64,000 bases of DNA from Octopus vulgaris (Eukaryota), in the NCBI GenBank assembly GCA_951406725.2, contig OX597814.1, positions 129,022,001-129,086,000 on the forward strand, in the 5' to 3' direction. Position 1 is the stretch's first letter, and every line of letters begins with the position of its first letter. A program made the position numbers and the translations under genes. Positions 12,830 through 26,062 of the stretch are shown one piece after another. The notes under the pieces were generated by a model that saw only the letters and a list, made by a program, of their open reading frames with translations, did no database searches and had not been told where the DNA came from.

Positions 12830-13525
12830 TGGGTGTGGCTGTGTAGTGATGAAGTTTGCTTCCACCCACGACAGTTTCAAGTTTAGTTATAAGGCACCTT
12901 GGGCCAATGTTTTCTGCTATAGCCCTGGGTTGACCAAAGCCACATAAATGGTTTTGGCTGATAGAAGCTGAAAGAATCCTGTTTTACATACATACTTATT
13001 ATGTAAGTACATGAGTGTATTTTTTTGTTTGTTCCTTCTCGAGCCACGCCTGGCTCATAAGGGCTGGTTTCCCGGTTTCCTTGGCGTATAGGTTCCCCAC
13101 CTGGACGGGACTCCAGTCTGCCGAAAGTGAGCTGCAAGATGCAGGAGGAGAGAGTGAGAGAAAGTTGTGGTGAAAGAGTCAGAGAAGTTCGCCATTAACT
13201 TCTGCCAGAGCCGCATGGAGCTTAGGTGTTTTGCTCATAAACACACATTGCCCGGTCTGAGATTCGAACCCACGATCCCTCGACCACGAGTCTACTGCTC
13301 TAACCACTAGGCCATGTGCCTCCACAAGTACATGAGTGTGTTTGTCTGTTTCCTTGTCTTGACATTGCATGATAGTGAACAAGCATCACTGCCATAGATG
13401 TGGTGCCCTTCATTTCCAGTATTCCATGGAAACATGTCTGGCTAGGAGGGAATATTACTACTTGGTGACAAGAAGGAAGAAAGTCTGCCCCATGCAAATA
13501 TGGAAATGCAGATGTTAAAACGGTG
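12830..13525 (+). mobile_element. SINE family A head with RTE-like tail (subfamily A2), interrupted by a family C SINE
   Basis: Head gtggctgtgtagtgatgaagtttgc...; tail ...atggaaatgcagatgttaaaacg. Confidence 0.65.
13019..13325 (-). mobile_element. SINE family C nested insertion with 14-bp TSD
   Basis: TSD aagtacatgagtgt at 13005-13018 and 13326-13339; head ggcctagtggttagagc...gggttcgaatct on the minus strand. Confidence 0.85.
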
Positions 13526-13605
13526 TTGTTACTACTGTTAATTTGTCAGGTGATTTGATAGTAAAATAGAAAGGGTTTGATAAAGCAATAGATAACTTAA
13601 AAAAA

Positions 13606-14003
13606 GGTGGCAAGCTGGCAGAAACATTAGTATGCAGTATTTCATCTGCCACTACAGTCTGAGTTCAAATTCCGCCGAGGTCGACTTTGCCTTTCATCCT
13701 TTTGGGGTCGATTAAATAAGTACCAGTTACGCACTGGAGTCAATATAATTGACTCAATCCATTTGTCTGTCCTTGTTTGTCCTCTCTGTGTTTAGCCACT
13801 TGTGGGTAGTAAAGAAACAGGTATTTCGTCTGCCATTATATTCTGAGTTCAAACTCCGCCGAGGTTGACTTTGCCTTTCATCTTTTTGGGGTCAATTAAA
13901 TAAGTACCAGTTATGCACTGGGGTCGATGTAATCAACTTAATCAGTTTGTCTGTCCTCGTTTGTCCCTTCTATGTTTAGCCCTCTGTGGGTAATAAAGAG
14001 ATA
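13606..14003 (+). mobile_element. SINE family B dimer
   Basis: Two tandem bodies joined at aaagaaacag|gtatttcgtc; a single TSD aatagataacttaaa flanks the whole dimer. Confidence 0.85.
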
Positions 14004-14514
14004 AATAGATAACTTAAAGAAATATTAAATAAGTAAACTGGCTCTGTAGAAAGTCTGGGAAATAGAAAGAACAACATGAGGTCCATGAACAAAGAATGGG
14101 TGCTTTTTTGTGCATGTGCAGAAACCACTTAAGTCTATGTGTAAAGTTAATGAGCCAAGTGGATGCACGACATGGCATCTCATTTTAGAGTCATACATTT
14201 CATGTCCTTTACTAGATACTTTATAGAGAAGTAGTATGTATTGCTATGATGGAACAATTCCAATGGGTCTTATAAGTGCTTCAGTCACTTGAAATTTAAA
14301 GTGACAAGAAAAATTTTAATTACCAACAGTTAAATGCCACCCTTGTCTTAAATAATCCCAACAGTTGTGTTACAACTAATATGGACCAGCCCAGTCCAGT
14401 CCAGCTAAATAACAGAGCTGCATTGCATTATTGTTGAACACACCCACACGACAGCTCCGGTATTGTTATCATTGAGTAGTTTAGTGGTACAGCTATACTA
14501 TTTCTGGCAATAAT

Positions 14515-14762
14515 TCCATCAGTCCTTCTCAAGACTGTCATTCCATGAAATATTTTCCCTGCTCAAATTTCTCTTTGTTACCATATATTGAACTTTTAGT
14601 TGTTTAAGCGGAATGTCATCATCAGTCTCCCCAGTCTGAGATAACCTATATTTGGCATGGATACTCAGCAGCTGTTCCTGAGATGCAGTTGCCCCCAGAA
14701 GTCTGGCGTAGCATGGTAAATTCCATTGTCTCAACCACGGTCGAACAATGATGATGATGATG
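14515..14762 (+). mobile_element. Decayed RTE/RTE-X-type LINE 3' end (same family as 38945-39312)
   Basis: gtctggcgtagcatggtaaattccattgtctcaaccacggtcgaacaatgatgatg matches 39252-39312. Confidence 0.7.
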
Positions 14763-15054
14763 CCCCCAGATACATTGATACCAGATTCAGGGATAAAAGG
14801 GTGCTAAATTTTTTCTGGCCTGTTAAAGTTGGAACACTGTGTTTTTGACCCTAGGCATTGAGAAATCTTTGATATGATCCTTTGGACTCTCCATCTCTTT
14901 CTTTGACTAATTCATAAAACAAATAAAAAAAATTAATCCTTAATATTATAGATCTTTCTTCCTTTCATGCCCACAGAATATGAATTGTCCAAAAGAGGAA
15001 TAAATGTTTACTATGAAGACAAGGAAAAGTTTAATGCTTTGAGCAGTGTGTGTG

Positions 15055-15560
15055 ACTCCCTTCAGTCATGAATGACCATGGGGTTGCACCTAGAAAGTTA
15101 CCCTCTGAGGCACAAGTCTGGGTAAGGTTGTTTATGGAAGACCAGTAGTTGCCCACACATACCAACCTCCCCTCTCCACACCACCGATGTTATCCAAGAG
15201 AAAGGCAAAGGTCAATATAGCTTGGCACTAGTGACAGCACAGCTCGTTTATTAACGTGCAAGTGGCCGAGCACTCCACAGACACATATACCCTTAATATA
15301 GTTCTCGAGGAGATTCAACGTGACAGTGTGTGACAAGGCTGGCCCTTTGAAATACAGGTACAACAGAAACAGGAAGAAACATTGAGAGAAAGTTGTGGTT
15401 AAAGAGTACAGCAGGGTACACCACTACCCCCTACCAGAGCCTCATGGAACTTTAGGTGTTTTCACTCAATAAACACTCACAATGCCCAGTCTGGAAATCG
15501 AAACTGCGATCCTACAACTGTGAGTCCGCTGTCCTAACCACTAGGCCATTGTGCCTCTAC
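15055..15560 (-). mobile_element. Adjacent family C-type SINE fragments
   Basis: 15055-15240 matches the tail of 21037-21340; 15380-15560 matches the head/body of 13019-13325. Confidence 0.65.
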
Positions 15561-15849
15561 AATGGGCAGTACTGAATAGTTAAGCCTTCCACATTTTTCT
15601 GCTCTTGAACTGACCCAACAAAAGAGCAGTAGCACCAGCAACTCTTCTACTGCCCAACCATGACCACCACCACCATCACTGCTGCCATCTACTGCCTGCT
15701 ATCTGGTAACTTCGATATACTTTATTCTAAAAGCAACTCTCCAAAAAAGACCTACTGATGCATTGCTACAAGTAGGTTCCACTTCTGAGTCATAGTTTCA
15801 GATATTATTTATTATAATAATTCTAAACTATCGGTATTGGCGATGGTAC

Positions 15850-15950
15850 TGATAGTAATAGTAGTACTACTAATAGTAGTAGTGGTTGTAGTACTAATAA
15901 TGTTAGTGGTCATAGTAGTAGTAGTAGCCATAGCAGTAGTAGCAGTACTA
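15850..15950. repeat. Imperfect (TAG)n trinucleotide repeat
   Basis: gtagtagta/gcagtagta runs. Confidence 0.85.
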
Positions 15951-17302
15951 TTGATTTTCTCCTCTCGGCATTTTGACAATGAATGGAAGGCTATGATCAC
16001 TTCTAACACAATGGAATTGGTATTCTAGCTTCTAATGTTTGTTATGATCATTATTGATTTGTATGTCAGATCTCCATCTATCTTGCTATTTAGTTATATA
16101 TTTATTAGTTTGTTTGTTTGTTTGTTTATTCACCAGTAGTTGCTTGGGTAACGGCGAAACTTAATCATCTTGCTTCCAAAGAGGAGAAAAAAAAAGTCTT
16201 ACTTTCTTTAGAGTCACTTTACATACATAACGATATTGTTTCTTTTTATAAGTTATTAGTTATTCGGTTTTAGCATTTAGTAATTCTTTCAAAGGTCCGA
16301 CAAGCTTTTTGTTAAGTGCATAATAGTATTTAGTTATTTCTAAGATCAAACCCCCACCAGAACCAGCTTTGTGATTTGCCCTCCAGGGTTAGAAGTTCTA
16401 GTAATGTACTGGAGTTAATTCATTCGCTTATATTACTCTTTTATCAAAATTGTCATTGTAATTCCATGTGTATACATATACATACATTCAAAATATACAT
16501 ACACACACACATAAATATATTTACTGATGAAATGAAATAGGTAACCATGGAATGAAGCCATGACTTTGAATAAATATATATATATGTGTGTGTGTGTGTA
16601 CATATATATATATATACACATACACACACACACACTAAAGTTATGCATTAATACTTAAGATTTTAACTACAAGTTATGTAAGACATTTATAAGCACTTAT
16701 CTAGAGGGCGATGCTGGGGTTAATCATCATTTTACATCTGTTTTTCCATGCTTGGGTGAGTTAAATTTGTCTTCTCCAAGTAACTATGAAATTATGTGTA
16801 ATCCTTATGTTATAAGGACTTGTACTGCCAACTTCAAGCATTAACATTTTTATATAACCCTAATTTGGCAGCATAGATGGCAGGGTCTTTTTGGTGTAAT
16901 TGGTAAGGAGGTCATCATAAGCAGGCACATGTCTGATTTGCCTTTGTTGGTGCTGGCTTTTCTGAATAATAGATGACCATTGGGGTTACATTTGGTCTAG
17001 CCTGCAGTCTCCTGAGGCATTACCTAAGAAGTGTTTTTGTTTTTTACTTACTTGGGATAGGTTAATGTGGGACGGCATTCTTCTCTGGAAAGATTTGTTT
17101 TATTTACATTGAATGTAATGTGGTTAACATTAGGAAGGGCATCCAATGTAGAAACCATGCCAAAGAAGGCATTGGTGCATGATGCACTTCTCCCACTCAT
17201 TAGAACTTATCAAACAGTCCAATCCATGCCAGCATGGAAAGCAGATGTTAAACGATGATGATGATGATAACATGTTGAAGGTAGTTGTCACACTGGATTA
17301 TA

Positions 17303-17556
17303 AAAAACACCATTTTCGAGCGTAGCCGTTGCCAGTACCACCAGACTGGCCCTCGTGCCGGTAGCACATAAAAGCACCCATTACACTCTCAGAGTGGTTG
17401 GCATCAGGAAGGGTATCCAGCTGTAGAAACTCTGCCAGATCAGATTGGAGCCTGGCGCAGCCATCTGGTTCACCAGTCCTCAGTCATTTTATATGTTCCG
17501 CTGTGTGGCACCCATGCCAGCATGGAAAGCAGATGTTAAACGATGATGATGATGAT
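17303..17556 (+). mobile_element. RTE-type LINE 3'UTR fragment associated with a 79-bp direct repeat
   Basis: Family match; 17224-17302 is identical to 17512-17590. Confidence 0.85.
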
Positions 17557-18433
17557 AACATGTTGAAGGTAGTTGTCACACTGGATTATATTATCAAGAT
17601 GTGTGTGTGTTTGTGTGTCTGTTTTTGTACCCCATCACCATCGTTTGAGATGTCTCCATCACTTGTTCTTCTCAGTCTGTAAAGAAGCTGGTAAGTGAAT
17701 GAAAATATATGGTTGCGCGGTCTCTTTAGCTGTATTCAGGAGATGAGGTGCCCCGACCTGTCTAGGTGAGCAGTAACCCTGAATACATTCTGACTCTGTT
17801 TTACATCTGCTTTCAATGCTGACATGGATTGGATGAGTCATCACAACAGCACTGTGGTTATGGATCCAGTCCACTGTGTGGCACCTTGGGCAAGTACCTT
17901 CTGCTATAGTTCTGACCAGCTAAAGCCTTGTGAGCAGATGTGATAGACAAAAAGCTAAAAGATGCCCATGGTATATATATACATATGTGTGTCTTCTTGA
18001 CACAAGTATTGCCATCATTCAAGTGATGTCCCTTGTTTCCAGTCTTCTGTGAAAACATGTCCTGCCACAGGAAGTTGTTACCCCAACTGGAAACTGATGA
18101 GGGTTGGAAACCTCAAATCTTATCTTACCTATGCAAGTATGGAAGAGTATACTTTAAAATGATGATGATGGCCTTGGTAGAGTGAAACTGAAAGAAGCAC
18201 ATCTTCTGTGTGTGCGTGTGTGTGTATATATATATATATAATGTGTGTGTATTTTTTTTAGTTCCCCACCCCCACTTGATAACTGGTGTTGGTGTGTTTA
18301 TGTCCTTACAACTTAGCAGTTTGACAAAAGAAACTGATAGAATAAGTACTGGGGTCAATTTGTTTGACTAAAATTCTTCAAGGTGGTGCCCCAGCTTGGC
18401 TGCAGTCTGATAACTGAAACAAGTAAAAGATTA

Positions 18434-18434
<1 letters not shown>

Positions 18435-18493
<59 letters not shown>

Positions 18494-18515
18494 CGTGCAG
18501 GCACACACACACACA
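18435..18515. repeat. (CA)n microsatellite
   Basis: Long AC run. Confidence 0.95.
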
Positions 18516-19135
18516 TTCAATATTATTGGTCTATTACATTCTTTTTTAAGTGTTGAGAGTCTAGTTCTTCATTTCTATATTGACTCTTTAACAAGTAACC
18601 TTCCCACCCTACCCAACATTTTCATCATCATTATCATCATCTTGACCCTGGCACTACAAGTCTTTATTGGTCTGTGGCAATATTCCAGAAATATTTGCCA
18701 TGTGAAAAGCATATTCTTATCAATTCAAAGTTTTCTCTTTGCTTTCTATTTTTGGTCCCTCCAATACTACATTATTAATGCTTTGTTGCTCTTTTCACCC
18801 TGCATTCTTTAACAATGCCCTGACTATGGCTATCTGAAGACTATAACAGAAACCAAATGCCAGCTTGACAACTTCTGCTTTAACACGTTAACTGCTAGCC
18901 TTTTGCTCTGCATGGATCTTTGCCACGTAATGTTCCATCAGTAGAATGTGTTGGTCGAATGACTTCCAAAATCTCTTTATAACTTTACAGTCAGTCAATG
19001 TTGGCACCATTACAATGATTTTAGAAGTAGAGAAAGTGTCCACCTCTACTCTCCATTCATACAGAGAAATTCTATATTTCTATCAACTGAAAGACTTTTA
19101 AATTTATAAAAGTAAAAAAAAAAATAAAATAAATA

Positions 19136-19540
19136 GGTGCAGGAGTGGCTGTGTGGTAAGTAGCTTGTTTACCAACCACATAGTTCCGGGTTCAGTCCCA
19201 CTGCATGGCACCTTGGGCAAGTGTCTTCTTCTATAGCCTTGGGCTGACCAAAGCCTTGTGAGTGGATTTGGTAGACGGAAACTGAAAGAAGCCCGTCTTA
19301 TATATGTATATATATATGTATGTGTATGTATGTTTGTGTGTCTGTGTTTGTCCCCCTAACATTGCTTGACAACCAATGCTGGTGTGTTTTTGTCCCTGTC
19401 ACTTAGTGGTTTGGCAAAAGAGGACCGATAGAATAAGTACTAGGCTTACAAAGAATAAGTCCCAGGGTCGATTTGCTCGACTAAAGGCGGTGCTCCAGCA
19501 TGGCCACAGTCAAATGACTGAAACGAGTAAAAGAGTATGA
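19136..19540 (+). mobile_element. SINE family A, full length
   Basis: A-box tggctgtgtggtaag, B-box gggttcagtccc, CORE-like accttgggcaagtgtct, internal (TA)/(TG) tract, tail ...ggccacagtcaaatgactgaaacgagtaaaagag. Confidence 0.9.
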
Positions 19541-19722
19541 GTAAAATTTTAGAAAAAATTAACAAATAATAAACTGTAGAAACTGGTTTCTTTGAAATTT
19601 GGTTCATAGCTCCAATTTCATGCTCTGAGCGAATGAAGAATGTTTCTCCCTGGATAGAACACCAGTCTATTACATGTAGCATTTCCATGTGATCGAGTAT
19701 TCTATACCTGACAGCAGCTTAA

Positions 19723-19943
19723 CCCTTTCGTTACCGTATTTATTTTGAGATGCTCTGTGTTTCATTCAATTGTTTTAAATATAACAAAGAATTTAGTAAA
19801 ATAACTTAGTTATCATTAAGCTAGTATTGGGAACATAAATTGTGACTAAGGTTTGGTGGAAGATTTTAATTCAAAACTTATGAAAACATGACATTTGTAC
19901 TACAGAGCCAGAGGCGGTTTTGGCTGGGTTGGTATCAAAAGGG
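19723..19943 (+). mobile_element. piggyBac-type MITE
   Basis: TTAA TSD on both sides; termini CCCTTTCGTTACC / GGTATCAAAAGGG. Confidence 0.85.
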
Positions 19944-20104
19944 TTAAATGAAGTATTATAGAATATTTCACTTTTGTTTCCAGAAAGAAACAACAAAGCA
20001 CATGATAGATTTGAACTTTTGATCAGTGAGTTAGTAATCCAACACCATACCCGCTCAGCCATTTTACCTCTCATTTATGTACTGTAACTGATTTTATCTT
20101 TAGA

Positions 20105-20487
20105 CTAGCAGTATCGTTGCTCGGGTTTGTTTCGACCCTTTAGAATTGGAATTTTTGAAAAGTAAAAATTTTGCATTATGTAGCTTGTTATTCTCTTTAA
20201 GTTAACATTTTTCTGTTTGAAATACACCGAAAAATGGCAACACAGCAGTAAAAAAATCGTAAAAAATAGGTATTTTCATAGAGAAAAAAGCAGCTTTTTG
20301 ATGTAAATAATTTTTGGTGTTAACATGGTCTGATTTGAATTTTTTCTTCTACGGAAGGAAGAGCAAGCCTTCTATCATACTCTCAATTTTGGTCAACTTA
20401 CACCACAGGGTCTTGGAGAAGATAGTATTAGTTGAAGGCTACCAAACCTGTCATACACAGACAACTTCACCTTTATATAGAGAGAGA
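20105..20487 (-). mobile_element. Non-autonomous Helitron-like element
   Basis: On the minus strand it starts TC(TCTCTATATAAAG) and ends CTAG, inserted between A and T; GC-rich subterminal cccgagcaacg. Confidence 0.7.
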
Positions 20488-21036
20488 TATAGCAAGTTAA
20501 TATGAAGTTACAATATAAGGTGGCAAGATGGCAGAATCGTCAGCTCACCAAGCAAAGTGCTTAGCAGCACTTCATCCAAATAATACTCTGAGTTCAAAGG
20601 CCACCAGGGCCAGCTTTGCCTTTCATCCTTTTGGGGTTGAGGAAATAAGTAACCACTTGAGCATTGGTGCTGATGTAACCTACTCCCTACTCCAAATTAC
20701 TGGTATCACCTTTTAATTGTTTCAATCATTTGACTGCAGCCATACTGGGGCACTGCCTTGTGTCAAAATTTGAAAACAATATTGTTATACAACATATTTC
20801 TAGATTCTGTATACATCCATGAATGTAAGGGCAATTTGAGATTGTGATGAAATATCAGCTCATGAATTCAAATGGTGATGTGGGCATTTCTTTTACTTTT
20901 GTCACTTTTCTTAAGTGAAAGAGCTGGTGTCAAACCTTTTTCAGAAATTACTTGGGATAGACTGTTCAATCTATAGTTTTCTGATGAGTGACAATTACAT
21001 TTCTTTAGCTACTACATATTTTGGAGATAATTTTAT

Positions 21037-21340
21037 GAAGGTACATGGCTCAGTGGTTGGAGTGTTGGGTTTACAATCATGAGATAGTGAGTTTAATTCC
21101 AGGACTGGACTGTGTGTTGTGTTCTTGACTAAGACACTTTATTTCACGTTGCTCCAGTTCACTCAGCTGTAGAAATGAATTGTACTGGACTTTGCCTTTC
21201 CCTTGGACAACATCAGTGGTGTAGAGAGTGGAGGCTGGTATGCATGAGTGACTGCTGGTCTTCCATAAACAACCTTGCCTGAACTTCTGCCTCAGAAGGG
21301 AACTTTCAAGGTGCAATCCCATGGTCATTCATGACCAAAG
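21037..21340 (+). mobile_element. SINE family C variant
   Basis: catggctcagtggttggagtg head; tgtgttcttgactaagacactt body. Confidence 0.7.
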
Positions 21341-22041
21341 GGGGGGGGGTCTTTTAATGCTATGAATGAATTTTAATGACTCAGTGTCTCAGGAACGGTT
21401 CAGGTTCTTCTTCAGAATAGATTCCAAGCATATTATCACCATACAGTTTTTGGTGACATCTAAAAGCAATGAAAAAAAATATGACCAGGCAGTCACAAAT
21501 GATTCAACAGAGAAAGATATTTGAGGGTCAATAGATGTAATAAATATGGCTGACACTGCTCAGATCAAAGATGATGGCACACTTGCATAAAGACTGAATA
21601 TTTGCAACTGAATAAGATTGTGTTTATCCTTTATGTTGTTTCAGTTATAGGACTGCAACCATACTACCATTTAGTCAACTAAACCCTTCAAGGTAGGAAG
21701 CAATAAGTTACAGAGATGTAGACGAACTAACACCAGTTTTCAAGCAGTCAAGGACACACACACAGTTTTCATGTACTAAATTCACTCACAAGGTATTGGT
21801 TAGCACAGAGCTATGGTAGAACATGCTTGCCCAAGGATTGAACTCAAAACCAAAGCTCCTTAACCACACAATTATGCCTGTGGTTATAGCACATTATTTA
21901 ATTATTTTTCTTTTAGTCAGAAAAGAAGGCAGTGTTCATGTCATGACCCTTTACAGGGTCTCTCAGACTGGTGAGAGGGATAAAGAAGGAAGGTATCTTC
22001 AAACCAGACACTTGGCCTAAGTGCAACAGAATAGACTCTGC

Positions 22042-22266
22042 CAGCTGGCAGAAATGTTAGCACGCCAAGCGAAATGCTTAGTGGTATTTCGACTGCCATT
22101 ACGTTCTGAGTTCAAATTCCACCAAGGTCGACTTTGCCTTTCATCCTTTCAGGGTCGATAAATTAAGTACCAGTTATGCACTGGGGTCGATGTAATTGAC
22201 TTAATCCCTTTGTCTGTCCTTGTTTGTCTCCTCTGTGTTTAACCCCTTGTGGGCAATAAAGAAATA
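22042..22266 (+). mobile_element. SINE family B monomer
   Basis: Family match; TSD agaatagactctgc/agaatagacactgc. Confidence 0.85.
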
Positions 22267-23257
22267 AGAATAGACACTGCTAAAGGCATTCTAGGTACCT
22301 GTGACTAGTATTAAGCCAGGCAATGGATGAAGTCTATTACAGAAGTTGATCATTTTAGGATTTGAACTCAGAACACCTAGATACAGAACAAATACTATAA
22401 GGTATCCAGTTTGATGTTCTTACAGCTCCATCAGTCTACCACCCTAGATTGGTACCTTTTTTTTTTAAAGTCTTGAAAAGATAAGAGTGAAAAACAAATG
22501 CTGTGAGACAATTCTGTTCAGTGTTCTAAAGACTATGCCAGTTTGCCACCATTCATTGCTTTAGATCTATGTCTCTGTTTGTGATAAGAAACTCTCAAGA
22601 GGGCTGAACAGCAGGTCTTCAGAAAAGAACCCCACTTCAGGCAAGTATTTCAACCATTAACTTCCCCAGGTCATGACTCTTGGACACTCTTCTGCTGACA
22701 TTTTTTAACCACTTTGAGATGATTAAGGTACAACCTGTTGATACCGAATACTTATCCTTTAAGTTAGAATAAGTACAGAGTAACCCTTCTAAATAATTAG
22801 GAACTCCTAATTTAAACCCTAGAGAGGTTGATGTTAAGGCCTTGCAGCTGATGTACCAGAAATTTTGGAGGTAACTAGGCTTCAGTTGTGATGATACAGT
22901 CATTGTGTTGATAATTAAAATATGGCACAGTACTCCAGCTGTTTCAACCAAGTCAGCTAAAACTAAGGCCATATATCCAGGCTATGCTAATAATACATTT
23001 CTCTGTTATTTTTATCTTTCACATATTTTTACATTTCATGAACACATGCTTTCATTTAAATATAGTGAGGGAGAGAGAGAGAGCGGTTATTCATAGGACG
23101 ACTTTAAAAGTTTAGGAAATATAAACAAAAGCTTGATGTATTGGTGTAGCACCATGAGAATTAGAGATTCATTGGTTCATGGCTACACATCATGCTTTTC
23201 AGCATTATGTTTGTTGTTTAGCATCAGGTCAGTGCTGATCAAACAGATCTATAATGA

Positions 23258-23525
23258 TAATAATGAGCTTATTGTATTCAATGCTCTCAGGCACTACAAA
23301 TCGTAGGAAAAGGGTAAAAGAAGAGAGAGAGAGAAAAAGCAATAAGACAAGTAAAGAAAGACAGCAATGAAAGCTAAAAGTACATGCCCAGTATACAGGA
23401 AAAAACACAAGACAGAAAAATTAACTTTAAAAAAGTCATAAAGAGGAAAAGGTGCACAGGCATGTCAGGATGATGTTGGTGAATTTCGGGAAACACAGAA
23501 GTTTTGAAGGCTGTAGTGTCCTGAA
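23258..23525 (-). mobile_element. CR1/L2-type LINE 3'UTR fragment
   Basis: Reverse complement of the gtgcctgag...atacaataagctcattatt terminus. Confidence 0.6.
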
Positions 23526-23609
23526 GAGTCTAGGACATTTACCCACTCCCATGGACAATAACCCCACTAATGACCCTTAAGGACAACAGATGATGATTTA
23601 AAATTTCTT

Positions 23610-24005
23610 GAGGCTGTGTGGTAAGTAGCTTGCCTACCAACCACATGGTTCCAGGTTCAATCCCACTGCGTGGCACCTTGAGCAAGTGTCTTCTACTATA
23701 GCCTCTGGCCAACCAAAGCCTTGTGAATGGATTTGGTAGACAGAAACTAAAAGAAGCCCATCGTATATATAAATATATGTATGTGTGTGTGTGTGTGTGT
23801 GTTTGTGTGTTGTCCCCCCAACATCGCTTGACAATCGATGCTGGTGTGTTTACGTCCCTGTAACTTAACAGTTCGGCAAAAGAGAATGATAGAATAAGTA
23901 CTAGGCTAAAAAAGAATAAGTCCTGGGATTGATTTGTTTTGACTAAAGGCGGTGCTCCAGGATGGCCACAGTCAAATGACTGAAACAAGTAAAAGGGTAA
24001 AAGAG
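23610..24005 (+). mobile_element. SINE family A
   Basis: Family match. Confidence 0.9.
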
Positions 24006-24134
24006 TAAATATATTGGAGAGGAGGTAATTAACCAAGGGGAGTAATTGTCCTGGGGGTAGTTGTCATTAGAGGAAATTGTCCTATAGGGGGGGGGGGAAT
24101 TATTCTAGGGGCTGTATTTGTCCTGATAGGGTCC

Positions 24135-24305
24135 TGACAGCTAACACCTGGCATGGGTGGTTTATTCCATGCTTCAACAATTCTGAGCTGGCAAAAGTGC
24201 TCCTGAAAGTCATGAGTGATGCACTGTCTTTTGAATTTATAAGCATGCCTACACATAGCATTGAATTCAGAGCTGGCCAAAGTTGTTGTTGGAAAGATGG
24301 TGGGT
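24135..24305 (-). mobile_element. CR1/L2-type LINE C-terminal fragment
   Basis: Minus-strand ORF text HAYKFKRQ..THDFQEHFCQLRIVEAWNKP. Confidence 0.6.
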
Positions 24306-24847
24306 AACCATAATTTATGCCATTATTTTTGTTTAACCCTAGGCCAACCCTGATCAAACAGACCTATGATCAAAGACTATACCTTGTCTTCCTTTACTGA
24401 CATAGTTTATCCAGATTTACATTATCCCAAAGCATGAAATTGAAAGGAGATTTAGCTGTTGTTTCTAGCAAGTTGAGTGGTCATGTAGATGTTTTTGTTG
24501 GTTTGTATATCTATTTTCAATAATCATTGGCATGGAGATAAATAAAACCTACATCTCAAGTGGTTAGCTTTTAGGAAGAACATACTGCCATGAAGAATGT
24601 CAGCAATCAACAGCATTAGTTCGTTTGTTTGAAGTGCAATTAATCAACTAATAGATGTACAACAATATGCATTTGTATTGCAAATTGTGAGAAATTTATT
24701 GAAAGAATTAATCTTGTGAAATTAACTCATATATTCTTCACAGTAAACAATGGTGTCAAGCATATGTAATTGTTTAACCCCATGATCAGTCCTAATTCAC
24801 CAAAACTATGATCAAATGCATTCAAGCCATAACAATGCAGTTTTTCA

Positions 24848-25150
24848 TGGCACATAAAAAGCACCATCCAAACGTTGCCAGCGCCGCCTTGGCTGGCTTC
24901 CGTGCTGCTGGCACGTTAAAAGCTCCAACCGATCGTGGCCGATGCCGGACCACCCCTGGCACCTGTGCAGGTGGCACGTAAAAAGCACCCACTACACTCG
25001 CGGAGTGGTTGGCGTTAGGAAGGGCATCCAGCCGTAGAAACTCTGCCAGATCAGACTGGAGCCTGGAGCAGCCCCTAGCTTCCCAGACCCCAGTCGAACC
25101 GTCCAACCCGTGCTAGCGCGGAAAACGGACGTTAAACGATGATGATGATG
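24848..25150 (+). mobile_element. RTE-type LINE 3'UTR with tandem 50-60 nt units and (GAT)n tail
   Basis: Repeated ggcacgtaaaaagcacc units; terminal cggacgttaaacgatgatgatg. Confidence 0.8.
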
Positions 25151-25339
25151 AATGAACCATAGGTTACTTTATCTAATATGTCCTTTCTTTAAGGTAAATT
25201 GTTGTGGTTTGAGGGATATTTGGCTGCTATTTTTAGTAAGCTGAAAGAGCACATTCTCCTACCATAGCTTAACAAGGATATGTTACCATCTTAACACATC
25301 TCTTTTATTCAAACTTGGTGCTGTTGACTAAATTCTCAT

Positions 25340-25831
25340 TTGGCGTGACTGAAGACCCGACAAATGAAGTGAGTTCATGGTTCACAGGACGGCCTTCTGT
25401 GCTAACCTTGGATTGTAGGATGACCCGCTGTGCTTGAGGATGACCCGCTGTATTGAGTCAAGTACATCAACATCAAAATAAAAAATCAAATAGAAATTGT
25501 AGTTGTGATACCCATGCCGGTGGCATGTAAAAAGCACCATCCGAACATGGCCGATGCCAGCACCGCCTGATTGACGTCCGTGTCAGTGACATGTAAAAAG
25601 TACCAACCGATTGCTGCTGTTTGGCAGCCCCCTCTGGCCCTGTGCCAGTGGCACATAAAAAGCACCCACTACACTCACGGAGTGGTTGGCATTAGGAAGG
25701 GCATCCAGCTGTAGAAACTCTGCCAGATCAGATAGGAGCCTGGTGCAGCCATCTGGTTTGCTAGACCTCAGTTGAATCATCCAATGCATGCTAGCATGGA
25801 AAGCGGACGTTAAACGATGATGATGATGATG
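25340..25831 (+). mobile_element. RTE-type LINE 3'UTR, longer copy
   Basis: Extends upstream of the tandem units; ends in (GAT)n. Confidence 0.8.
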
Positions 25832-26062
25832 AATTAGGAATTGTATTAAAATATTCTGTGTATTGTAGAAGTATAGCTAATTCATTGTACAGGAAATTTT
25901 AACAAAAAAATCTTACATTGAACCCCAAGTGTCATGTGGACACTGGTTGAGAACTACTGCAAAATAGGTAGCTAATTAGCAGCAAAGGTGCATTTCTGTA
26001 CTTTCCCAGACTTTGATTAATTAAAATTTTCCAGTTCAAATCTCACTGCAATTCTCTTTGTA

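Noticed and set aside
15812-16028. Poly-Thr and poly-Val ORFs resembling mucin or transmembrane segments
   Set aside because: Products of the (TAG)n repeat
19136-19210. SINE heads as tRNA genes
   Set aside because: A and B boxes are present but there is no full cloverleaf, and the sequence continues into SINE bodies
22637-22972. 111-aa minus-strand ORF in unique sequence
   Set aside because: No recognisable domain or splice signals; length compatible with chance
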